A stretch of 64,000 bases of DNA, filler included. It is 3 parts of 3 records of this genome, joined end to end, with 100 filler letters (N's around TTAATTAATTAA, not from the genome) between each part and the next. Parts side by side here need not be neighbours in the genome. Positions count along the whole stretch, not along the records: positions 1 to 28,986 come from SRR20825006_1318; 2 more parts are not named here. One strand, written 5' to 3'. Position 1 is the first letter of the stretch. Every line of letters starts with the position of its first letter. The position numbers and the translations under genes are program-made. This document shows positions 10,623 through 18,132 of the stretch, piece after piece. The notes below the pieces were generated by a model. The model was given only the letters and a program-made list of their open reading frames with translations. It was not told the origin of the DNA and made no database searches.

Positions 10623-11516
10623 TCAGCGTACATAGGTGCTCCTTGAGGTAGATCCTTCATATACTTGCACCCTGTCCCCTCTGGGGGCAGAGCGTCGCAC
10701 CGGTTGGGTTTTTTGCGGGAATAATGTATCAAGCTTTGTTGTCATCTTGATGTCGTTCTGCTCGGACGCTTTCTTCGCGATTTGCTCTTCCCCGTCTGAC
10801 ACCTCAGCAGGATCCTGCTGAAGGGCTTCACCTGCCATCACCAGACGTAATTCACCATTGCTGTCCGCCAGCAACAGGCGCGGCAATTCTTCACGCGGGA
10901 CCGCCAGCACAACAGTACTGTTGCGGTTACGGTTTTGCGCTCTTTCGTCCTCGGCAGGAGCATCCTGAAGCCGGCCCTTCACCGCCAGCACCTCAACACC
11001 ATCAAGCAACACTAAAGCGGTAGGCTCTTTGTCTTCGCCCTTTTTAAAATGCGCCAAAACATCCACCAGGTCTCCCGGTTCAAGCAACCCCCCCACCGCT
11101 GACGTATTATCAATCGCCACTGCAAACGCCCGAAAATCAGGCGGCACTGCCTGTGCCAGCCGATTGCTAACCTCAAGATGGGATTCGGCAAGGATTTCGC
11201 CTTCATGGAGATCGCGTCGCAGCAATTGATTGGCTATCGGCGTATCCGCCGTTACTGCTGCAGACAGTGGCGCAGAAACGCCCACTTTACGGAAATCTTC
11301 TTCCTCGATGGTATCGCCGACACTCAACTCGCGAGTCGCGACCCAATAGGAGAACTTCAATGCATCGGCTATTTGCTCTTCAGTAACTTGCGTCACCGCA
11401 TCTGAAGCACCTTCTTCGGATGGAACAGGATCCCTGGCGAGACCCACTAACGCCAATGCGACAGCGACGACACTGAGAATCAGCGCCGGCAACATGTAGA
11501 GCCAACGAGCCCCCAT
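10623..11516 (-). CDS. cpaB: Flp pilus assembly protein CpaB/RcpC
   Basis: SAF-like domain; VGGLLEPGDLVDV; AAGGAGG Shine-Dalgarno upstream of the ATG at 11516. Confidence 0.9.
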   Translation of the reverse strand: MGARWLYMLPALILSVVAVALALVGLARDPVPSEEGASDAVTQVTEEQIADALKFSYWVATRELSVGDTIEEEDFRKVGVSAPLSAAVTADTPIANQLLRRDLHEGEILAESHLEVSNRLAQAVPPDFRAFAVAIDNTSAVGGLLEPGDLVDVLAHFKKGEDKEPTALVLLDGVEVLAVKGRLQDAPAEDERAQNRNRNSTVVLAVPREELPRLLLADSNGELRLVMAGEALQQDPAEVSDGEEQIAKKASEQNDIKMTTKLDTLFPQKTQPVRRSAPRGDRVQVYEGSTSRSTYVR

Positions 11517-11724
11517 GGACCCCTCCTTGGTTGTTGTGCGGTGCGCAGCTGGCGCAACGTGCTGGCTTACCCCTTTAGACAAACAGGTTATTGCTCCACG
11601 CGCGCTTTGCCTACCTTTACTTCTTTAAAAAAAGCGCCCAACACTCTGCTTTCGCGACCTTGCGCGTCCCTCGACCAAACGCAGGGAGTCAGCAATCAGC
11701 AATAGGGCAAAGCCAATCCAAACC

Positions 11725-12180
11725 TCAGAACGCTACCCGGGCACTAGCAGACAAGCAGTCCGGCAATGGCGGAAAACCACCCAAAAAACCCAACTGCTTC
11801 GGTGCATCAGCACCAGCGGTAGCGACACCCGCAGGACACCCTCCGTCCAATGGCACCCCAAGCTCGCAGACAATCATATCCGGAGAGCCAGCTTCAAACG
11901 TGCAGACATCCCCCCCCGAAAGATCACCCAAGAACGCCAGATCCATTTGCTCCAGCGCGGCACTAGCGAGAGCGGCGGCGGCAACCGCTGGTTCCGCAGT
12001 AGAACTCCGGTCCAGCGACATCACCGCAGCAGCGGAACGATCAACCGCGGACTGCATCTTGAACTGCCAGGTAAACATGACACCATATACACCCGCCGCA
12101 TAGATCAACCCCACAATCAAGGGGAATAGCAACAGAAACTCCAACGCCACTACCCCTGATGCGCCACGCCTTTCAATCAT
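11725..12180 (-). CDS. tadE: TadE-like pseudopilin
   Basis: G-VVALEFLLLFP prepilin-like motif after a basic leader; start 12180 lies just downstream of the flp stop. Confidence 0.82.
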   Translation of the reverse strand: MIERRGASGVVALEFLLLFPLIVGLIYAAGVYGVMFTWQFKMQSAVDRSAAAVMSLDRSSTAEPAVAAAALASAALEQMDLAFLGDLSGGDVCTFEAGSPDMIVCELGVPLDGGCPAGVATAGADAPKQLGFLGGFPPLPDCLSASARVAF

Positions 12181-12190
12181 ATCAGCAGCA

Positions 12191-12430
12191 CTATTCTGAA
12201 GGTTCAGCGGCACCACCAGGAAGCGCGTCAGCTATATTCTGGAAGGTAGTTTCGATTGGGTTGCCGTCACTGGTAAGCAACAACGCCCCAGCAGAGACAG
12301 CAAGCACAATCACCGCCGCCAAAACAATGTACTCCAGCGCACTGGCGCCACGCTGATTACGCGCCCGACCAGGCAACTGGGTAAAAAGGCGAACAAACAA
12401 CGCTTGGGAAAGGGTCTTCAACATATCCAT
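12191..12430 (-). CDS. flp: Flp type IVb pilin
   Basis: RNQRG|ASALEY motif followed by a hydrophobic helix; GGAGAG RBS upstream of ATG 12430. Confidence 0.9.
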   Translation of the reverse strand: MDMLKTLSQALFVRLFTQLPGRARNQRGASALEYIVLAAVIVLAVSAGALLLTSDGNPIETTFQNIADALPGGAAEPSE

Positions 12431-12476
12431 AATGCTCTCCATGCATGTTACTGCGTAGACTGTTGTGTGAATTTAA

Positions 12477-12624
12477 TGTGAATCTATGCACAAATATGAA
12501 CTGACTTCGAACAGATACTATTCAACCGTGATGTGCATCACAACTTGCCAACTGTAGCCTTTTGTTGCGAAACATCCCGGTCCTGTAAAGCTAGCACCGT
12601 CGCCGTTTTGTGACGTAGATCAAA
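12477..12624. promoter_or_regulatory. Three CRP/Vfr-like boxes upstream of flp
   Basis: TGTGA-ATCTAT-GCACA (12477-12492), CGTGA-TGTGCA-TCACA (12527-12542), TGTGA-CGTAGA-TCAAA (12609-12624); each matches TGTGA-N6-TCACA at 9 of 10 positions. Confidence 0.65.
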
Positions 12625-12718
12625 CCTCTATTCGGAGCGGGAAAGACGATAAACGGACATTACACGCGCAGATTTGATATGCAAATTAACTAAATTTCAC
12701 ACTCTTTTCTCCAGACAT

Positions 12719-12749
12719 AAAAAAAACCCGGGAAATCCCGGGTTCTTTT
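12719..12749 (-). terminator. Intrinsic terminator of rpmB-rpmG
   Basis: AACCCGGGA-TT-TCCCGGGTT stem followed by a T-run on the minus strand, about 35 bp after the rpmG stop. Confidence 0.85.
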
Positions 12750-12783
12750 ATGTCCGCTGCCAGGCAGGCAAGCCAGAAGATCA

Positions 12784-12951
12784 TTACTTGATCTTCGCTT
12801 CCTTATAGGCCACATGCTTACGCACGACCGGATCATACTTCTTGGTTTCCATCTTTTCAGGATGAAGACGCTTGTTCTTGGTGGTGGTGTAAAAATGACC
12901 AGTGCCAGCAGAGGACACCAGGCGGATTTTTTCACGAATAGGACCGGCCAT
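12784..12951 (-). CDS. rpmG: 50S ribosomal protein L33 (55 aa, below the ORF-track cutoff)
   Basis: Manual translation [64 protein letters not shown]. Confidence 0.97.
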   Translation of the reverse strand: MAGPIREKIRLVSSAGTGHFYTTTKNKRLHPEKMETKKYDPVVRKHVAYKEAKIK

Positions 12952-12974
12952 GGGTTTAACTCCTTCTGTTAGCC

Positions 12975-13211
12975 TTAAACGCGATCGCCGCGAGAACGGA
13001 TATCGGTCAGTACAGAATCGATACCTTTCTTGTCGATGATGCGCATACCTTTAGAGCTCACCCGCAGACGCACGAAACGCTTCTCGGACTCAACCCAGAA
13101 ACGGTGGTGGTGCAGGTTCGGCTCGAAACGACGCTTGGTCTTGATGTTCGAGTGGGAAACGCGATTGCCCGTTACAGGGCGCTTACCGGTCACCTGGCAA
13201 ACTTTGGACAT
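12975..13211 (-). CDS. rpmB: 50S ribosomal protein L28
   Basis: [33 protein letters not shown]. Confidence 0.98.
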   Translation of the reverse strand: MSKVCQVTGKRPVTGNRVSHSNIKTKRRFEPNLHHHRFWVESEKRFVRLRVSSKGMRIIDKKGIDSVLTDIRSRGDRV

Positions 13212-13268
13212 TGTCTTGCTCCGTAAATCTTCTTGCGGGGGGACGGTAGAGCCCCGGAAAAGGCGCGT

Positions 13269-13297
13269 TTTATACCAGTACGGCGATCAGGATTCAA
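13269..13297 (-). promoter_or_regulatory. Probable sigma70 promoter of rpmB
   Basis: Minus strand TTGAAT-17 bp-TATAAA with TG extended -10 and a GC-rich discriminator (ACGCGCC). Confidence 0.6.
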
Positions 13298-13448
13298 GTA
13301 TTCTTTGCCTTATACTATCTGCCAGCTCACTTCCAGCACCCACAAAAACAACCTAATGTGTTGATTGGTAAGCGGAACAATAAATTCACTCGATATTCAT
13401 ATTTTACCGTTATTGATGAGGCCCTCATTCACACAGGACGCCTCTATC

Positions 13449-15017
13449 ATGCCCGCTGATCGATCAACCTGCAGCCAGCCAGCCCCCACCGAACCGGGTG
13501 CCACTTCCCGCCGGACCTTCCTTGCAGGCCTGGCGGGCGCCGCCACCGTACTGTCGGGCTGTGGTGGAAGCAACAGCGACTCGCCATCCGACAACATCGC
13601 CAGCCCGAGCCAGCCCACGGGACCGGATCCGGGGCCGGATATTGATCCACCGGTGGAGCCCCCGGAACCGCCGGCGCCTTTCCCTCCCCGGGGGGTTCAC
13701 GCCAGCATTGAGGAGAGCAGCCTGACCTCCCGGTCTATTACCTGGTTTACTGACACCAGTCATGCACCGGCGCAGCTGCTCGAATACGACCAGGAGCCCC
13801 TGCTGGAAGGACAGCAAAACACGCCTGTTTTTCTCCATCAGCGCCACGCCAGCTCTGAAGCAACCTTCGGAGTAGACGCCCAAACCCACCGTTTCAAAAT
13901 AGACGGGCTTGATCCGGATAAACCCGTGCGCTACCGCGTCGGCTCTCCTTCCGGAGGCTGGTCTCCTGTTTACCAGTTAACGCCAATCAACACCCAGAAC
14001 TGGTCGTTTGTGCATTACGGCGATCAAGGGGTTAGCGTTCGCGCCCAACGGGTTACCGAAGAAATCCTCAAACAACCCCGCGACCTGGCCATCATCGCTG
14101 GCGACCTTTCCTATGCTGATGGCGATCAATCGGTATGGGACACGTGGTTTGATTTGGTGGAACCCCTGCTGGCCAACACCATCACCATGGCGGCGGCGGG
14201 CAACCATGAGTCCAAAGATGGCGACGGCCTGCAATCCGGCAAGGCCTTCAAATCACGCCTGACTCACCCTGACCCACTACTGAACAATCTCAATCCCAAC
14301 CCCGGCAGCACCTACTATGGCTTTGACATCGGTCGGGTGCATTTCTTTGTCAGCAGTGCAGGAGCCTTGATCGATGACTTCACCCTGGCCGAAGAACTGA
14401 TCAACCTGGAGATTGATCTTGCTAAAGCGGCACTGCGGCGTGCCCGCGGCGAACTGGACTTCATCATACTGATCCAGCACTACCCCATCTGGACTGACCA
14501 GGATGGCCGCAGCCCCGCCAACCTGACGCTGGTTGCCCTGCAGGAAAACATCCTGCTTCGCTACGGCGTAGATCTGCTGCTGGTCGGCCATGACCACATT
14601 TACCAACGCTCCGTCCCCATGGGCTTTGGCATTCCCTCCCTGCTGGGTTATGTGCAGGTGCTTACCGGCACTGGCGGCCAATCCGTCCGGCTGTTTGATG
14701 ACAACGGGATACAGCGCTGGTCTGCCAGCGAATTCGTTGGCATCGGTTTCTCCCGTTTCGAAGTGGAACCCGGCCGCATCAAGGGCTATTTCTACGGCGC
14801 GGCCCCCCAGGGCCTGGGAGACGACGTTCGCCAGACGGTCACCGACCCCTTTGCCCTGCATGATGAATTTGAGGTGGAACAGCGCAACTGGCTGGCCTGC
14901 CAGAACTGCGCCGTACCTGCCCGCCCGGCCAGCGAACTACTACAAGACTTCCCGGCGCTGGTTGCGCACACCCGGGAACGTAACCGACGCGCCATGGAGC
15001 ACCACAGCCATGGCTGA
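13449..15017 (+). CDS. Purple acid phosphatase-family metallophosphoesterase, Tat-exported lipoprotein
   Basis: SRRTFL twin-arginine motif plus LSGC lipobox; metal-ligand motifs GDQG, GDLSY, GNHE, GHDHIY; FN3-like N-domain (YRVGS...WS); start 13449 inferred. Confidence 0.85.
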   Translation: MPADRSTCSQPAPTEPGATSRRTFLAGLAGAATVLSGCGGSNSDSPSDNIASPSQPTGPDPGPDIDPPVEPPEPPAPFPPRGVHASIEESSLTSRSITWFTDTSHAPAQLLEYDQEPLLEGQQNTPVFLHQRHASSEATFGVDAQTHRFKIDGLDPDKPVRYRVGSPSGGWSPVYQLTPINTQNWSFVHYGDQGVSVRAQRVTEEILKQPRDLAIIAGDLSYADGDQSVWDTWFDLVEPLLANTITMAAAGNHESKDGDGLQSGKAFKSRLTHPDPLLNNLNPNPGSTYYGFDIGRVHFFVSSAGALIDDFTLAEELINLEIDLAKAALRRARGELDFIILIQHYPIWTDQDGRSPANLTLVALQENILLRYGVDLLLVGHDHIYQRSVPMGFGIPSLLGYVQVLTGTGGQSVRLFDDNGIQRWSASEFVGIGFSRFEVEPGRIKGYFYGAAPQGLGDDVRQTVTDPFALHDEFEVEQRNWLACQNCAVPARPASELLQDFPALVAHTRERNRRAMEHHSHG

Positions 15018-15027
15018 TCTGGACGGT

Positions 15028-15702
15028 TCACAACGCTCCTCGCGAAGCCAGTGACACCCAGCCACCATCACCGATTACCAGATGGTCTAACACTCGGACC
15101 TCCACCAATCCTAGCGCCTCCACCAATCGCCGGGTGATGGCATGGTCCGACTGGCTGGGCTCGGCCACGCCCGATGGGTGATTGTGGGCCAGGATCACGG
15201 CCGCGGCGTTGTGCTCCATGGCCCTACGCACCACTTCCCGCGGATAAACCGCCGCCGCATCGATGGTGCCCTGAAACAACTTCTCAAAGGCGATCAGGCG
15301 ATGCTTATTATCCAGGAACAGGCAAGCGAACACCTCAAACGGTAACCCGCGCAACTGGGCCATAAGCAGTTGCCCGGCCTTGTCCGGGTTATCCAGCGGC
15401 TGACCGCGCTCCAGAGGCTCCGCCAGATAGCGTCGCCCCAGCTCCAGCGCCGCCAGCAACAGCGCCCGCCGGGCAGTCCCCATACCCGGCAAATGCGCCA
15501 TGCGCTCCGGGCTCAGGTCCAGCATGGCCCGCAAACCGCCGCTGCCCGCCAACTGCCGGCGCGCCAGATCCACCGCCGTCATGCCCTGCTGGCCAGTACG
15601 CAGAAAGATCGCCAACAGCTCGGCATCACTAAGCGCCCCGGCACCCCGCACCAACAATTTCTCACGCGGCCGCTCATCCGTCGGCCAGTCTGTTATGGCC
15701 AC
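15028..15702 (-). CDS. radC: RadC (JAB/MPN domain) protein
   Basis: [34 protein letters not shown]. Confidence 0.95.
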   Translation of the reverse strand: MAITDWPTDERPREKLLVRGAGALSDAELLAIFLRTGQQGMTAVDLARRQLAGSGGLRAMLDLSPERMAHLPGMGTARRALLLAALELGRRYLAEPLERGQPLDNPDKAGQLLMAQLRGLPFEVFACLFLDNKHRLIAFEKLFQGTIDAAAVYPREVVRRAMEHNAAAVILAHNHPSGVAEPSQSDHAITRRLVEALGLVEVRVLDHLVIGDGGWVSLASRGAL

Positions 15703-15705
15703 AGG

Positions 15706-15741
15706 AACGCTCCACGCACCATGCCCGCGCGCAACACGGAA
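15706..15741 (+). repeat. Heptamer array A (left arm around the four-helix-bundle gene)
   Basis: AACGCTC CACGCAC CATGCCC g CGCGCAA CACGGAA. Confidence 0.65.
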
Positions 15742-15751
15742 AAATCACACA

Positions 15752-16102
15752 TCACTTTGCCTCCAGCTTTCTCAACATGCCCGACAGAAGGGCAAACACT
15801 TTTTCGATCATGGGTTTCAGATCCTCTTTCCCGCCATACCCAAGACGCTCCGCCACCATAAGCTGTGTCTCCAGCTCAAAGAGCGACCCTCTCGCAATGC
15901 GCAGGAAGCGCCTGAACTCCACATCACCACCCCGTCCATAGCCTTCCGCAATATTGGACGGCACACTCAGGCCGGCTCGCTGCATCTGCGACGCCAGCCC
16001 GAAAATCTCCCCTTGAGGAAACCCGCGCGACAGTCCATACGTAGCCACAGCCAGCTCCATCGCCGCCTGCCACACTCGCAATTCCTTATATCGCCGGCTC
16101 AA
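15752..16102 (-). CDS. Four-helix-bundle protein (TIGR02436 / 23S-IVS-protein family, structurally Avd-like)
   Basis: LRVWQAA, FP..E.FGL.SQM.RA..SVPSNIAEG..R, F.RFL.IARGSL.ELETQL; GGAGGT SD before the TTG start. Confidence 0.92.
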   Translation of the reverse strand: MSRRYKELRVWQAAMELAVATYGLSRGFPQGEIFGLASQMQRAGLSVPSNIAEGYGRGGDVEFRRFLRIARGSLFELETQLMVAERLGYGGKEDLKPMIEKVFALLSGMLRKLEAK

Positions 16103-16132
16103 AACTCACCACCTCCGATGTCACATTTTGTT

Positions 16133-16167
16133 TTGCGTGCAGCCTGTTGCGTCCTGCGTGCCGCGTC
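16133..16167 (-). repeat. Heptamer array B (right arm, inverted relative to A)
   Basis: TTGCGTG CAGCCTG TTGCGTC CTGCGTG CCGCGTC, exact 7-bp period. Confidence 0.75.
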
Positions 16168-16272
16168 TCTTATACAGTGCTACTCTATGCAGCCTGACTT
16201 GATAGCAGCCTTGGCGCTGCAGCGGCAGGGGAGATTCGCCATGACTGCCGTCATCCAAACAAGGGTTTTTGC

Positions 16273-17472
16273 ATGCAACGTCTGATGAACAAACGGGTCC
16301 TGTTGGGCGTCACCGGCGGCATTGCCGCCTATAAAGCCGCTGATCTGGTACGTCGGCTGCAAGATGTGGGCGCCCAAGTACGGGTAGTCATGACCCAGGG
16401 GGCCTGCGAGTTCATCACCCCGCTGACCATGCAGGCCCTGTCCGGCCACCCAGTACACACCACCCTGCTGGACCCCACCGCCGAAGCGGCCATGGGCCAT
16501 ATCGAGCTGGCCCGCTGGGCAGACCTGGTGCTGATTGCCCCCGCGTCCGCCAATTTCATGGCTCGCCTGGCGCACGGCCACGGCAACGACCTGCTCACCA
16601 CCCTGTGCCTGGCCACTGGTGCCCCCATCGCCATTGCCCCGGCCATGAACCAGCAGATGTGGGCTGACCTCAGCACCCAGAAGAACCAGCTGATCCTGCA
16701 GGAAAAGGGCATCACCATTTTCGGCCCGGGCAGCGGCAGCCAGGCCTGTGGAGAAGTGGGTGCCGGGCGCATGATCGAGCCACTGGAGATCATTCAGCAG
16801 GCCGCGGAAGTGTTCGACTACCAGCTGCTCACCGGCAAGCATGTGGTGATTACCGCGGGCCCCACCCGCGAATCCATCGACCCGGTGCGTTACATCACCA
16901 ACAAGAGCTCCGGGAAAATGGGCTTTGCGCTGGCCGAAGCCGCCGCCGAAGCCGGGGCCAAGGTCACCCTGATTGCCGGGCCGGTGTATCTGCCCACCCC
17001 GTCACGGGTAGAGCGCGTGGATGTGGTGCGCGCCGTGGACATGTACGAAACTTGCATGGACGTGGTGGAAAAAGGCTGTGATGTGTTTATCGCCACCGCC
17101 GCCGTGGCCGATTACCGGCCCACCGTGACCGCTGACCACAAGATCAAGAAATCCACCGAGGAAATTCACCTGACGCTGGTGAAAAACCCGGACATCGTGG
17201 CGTCCGTGGCCGAGCACGCCAAGCGCCCCTTTACCGTGGGCTTTGCCGCGGAAACCCAGGACGTGATGGCCTACGCCCAGGGCAAGCTGGTTAACAAGAA
17301 GCTGGACATGATCGCCACCAACGACGTTTCCGGCACCAACGTGGGCTTCAACAGCGACAACAACGCCCTCACGGTGATCTGGCCCAGCGGCCACAAGGTG
17401 CTGCCACTGGCCTCCAAGGCACAGATTGCCAAGCAGCTGATCGAATTGATCGCGATAAGGTATAAAGACTGA
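16273..17472 (+). CDS. coaBC: Bifunctional phosphopantothenoylcysteine decarboxylase/synthetase
   Basis: GVTGGIAAYK, MGHIELARWAD, PAMNQQMW, ITAGPTRESIDPVRYITNKSSGKMG, VGFAAET. Confidence 0.97.
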   Translation: MQRLMNKRVLLGVTGGIAAYKAADLVRRLQDVGAQVRVVMTQGACEFITPLTMQALSGHPVHTTLLDPTAEAAMGHIELARWADLVLIAPASANFMARLAHGHGNDLLTTLCLATGAPIAIAPAMNQQMWADLSTQKNQLILQEKGITIFGPGSGSQACGEVGAGRMIEPLEIIQQAAEVFDYQLLTGKHVVITAGPTRESIDPVRYITNKSSGKMGFALAEAAAEAGAKVTLIAGPVYLPTPSRVERVDVVRAVDMYETCMDVVEKGCDVFIATAAVADYRPTVTADHKIKKSTEEIHLTLVKNPDIVASVAEHAKRPFTVGFAAETQDVMAYAQGKLVNKKLDMIATNDVSGTNVGFNSDNNALTVIWPSGHKVLPLASKAQIAKQLIELIAIRYKD

Positions 17473-17473
17473 C

Positions 17474-17540
17474 AAAGCAACACGCACCACGCTTCATGCA
17501 CCACGCCGCCTGTTGCGTGAAGCGTGCCGCGTGATGCATG
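17474..17540. repeat. Heptamer inverted-repeat hairpin with no cargo, between coaBC and dut
   Basis: AAAGCAA CACGCAC CACGCTT CATGCAC CACGCCG then (CCGCCTG) TTGCGTG AAGCGTG CCGCGTG ATGCATG. Confidence 0.8.
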
Positions 17541-17556
17541 ACCGAAGGGAACATCC

Positions 17557-18009
17557 ATGAAACTGCAATACCGGGTACTCGACGCCCGCCTTGGCGACAG
17601 CATTCCTCTGCCTCATTACGCCACCGACGGCTCCGCCGGGCTGGACCTGCGCGCCATGGTCAAGGAACCGATGACACTGCAACCCGGGGATACCGAGCTG
17701 CTGCCCACCGGCATGTCCATCTTTATTGACGACCCGGGCTACGCCGGCATGATCCTGCCGCGCTCCGGTCTGGGCCATAAGCACGGCATCGTGCTGGGCA
17801 ATCTGGTGGGGCTGATCGACTCCGACTACCAGGGCGAGCTGATGGTGTCCTGCTGGAACCGCGGGCAACAGCCCTTCACCCTGGAGCCTGGGGAGCGCAT
17901 CGCCCAGCTGGTGATCGTGCCGGTCATGCAGGTGGAACTGGAACAGGTGGAAAGCTTCAGCGCCAGCGAACGGGGCGAAGGCGGTTTCGGTCACAGCGGG
18001 CGTCACTGA
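17557..18009 (+). CDS. dut: dUTP diphosphatase
   Basis: [38 protein letters not shown]. Confidence 0.97.
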   Translation: MKLQYRVLDARLGDSIPLPHYATDGSAGLDLRAMVKEPMTLQPGDTELLPTGMSIFIDDPGYAGMILPRSGLGHKHGIVLGNLVGLIDSDYQGELMVSCWNRGQQPFTLEPGERIAQLVIVPVMQVELEQVESFSASERGEGGFGHSGRH

Positions 18010-18132
18010 GGCCTGACACAGAAAAAACACAAGACAAACAACAACAACCACAGCAGCACAAGCACGCACCACAGCGCGCACCACGACCCAACCACAACAA
18101 TACCGTGGCAGCGCCGGGCAAGCGGAGGGGAT

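Noticed and set aside
12690-12935. 81-aa ORF from the track downstream of rpmB
   Set aside because: Wrong frame; the real gene is rpmG at 12784-12951 and the ORF runs through its terminator.
15752-16102. Diversity-generating retroelement suggested by the Avd-like fold
   Set aside because: No reverse transcriptase and no template/variable repeat pair differing at adenines was seen in the contig.
15752-16102. 23S rRNA intervening sequence suggested by the family name
   Set aside because: Flanks are radC and coaBC; no rRNA sequence is present.
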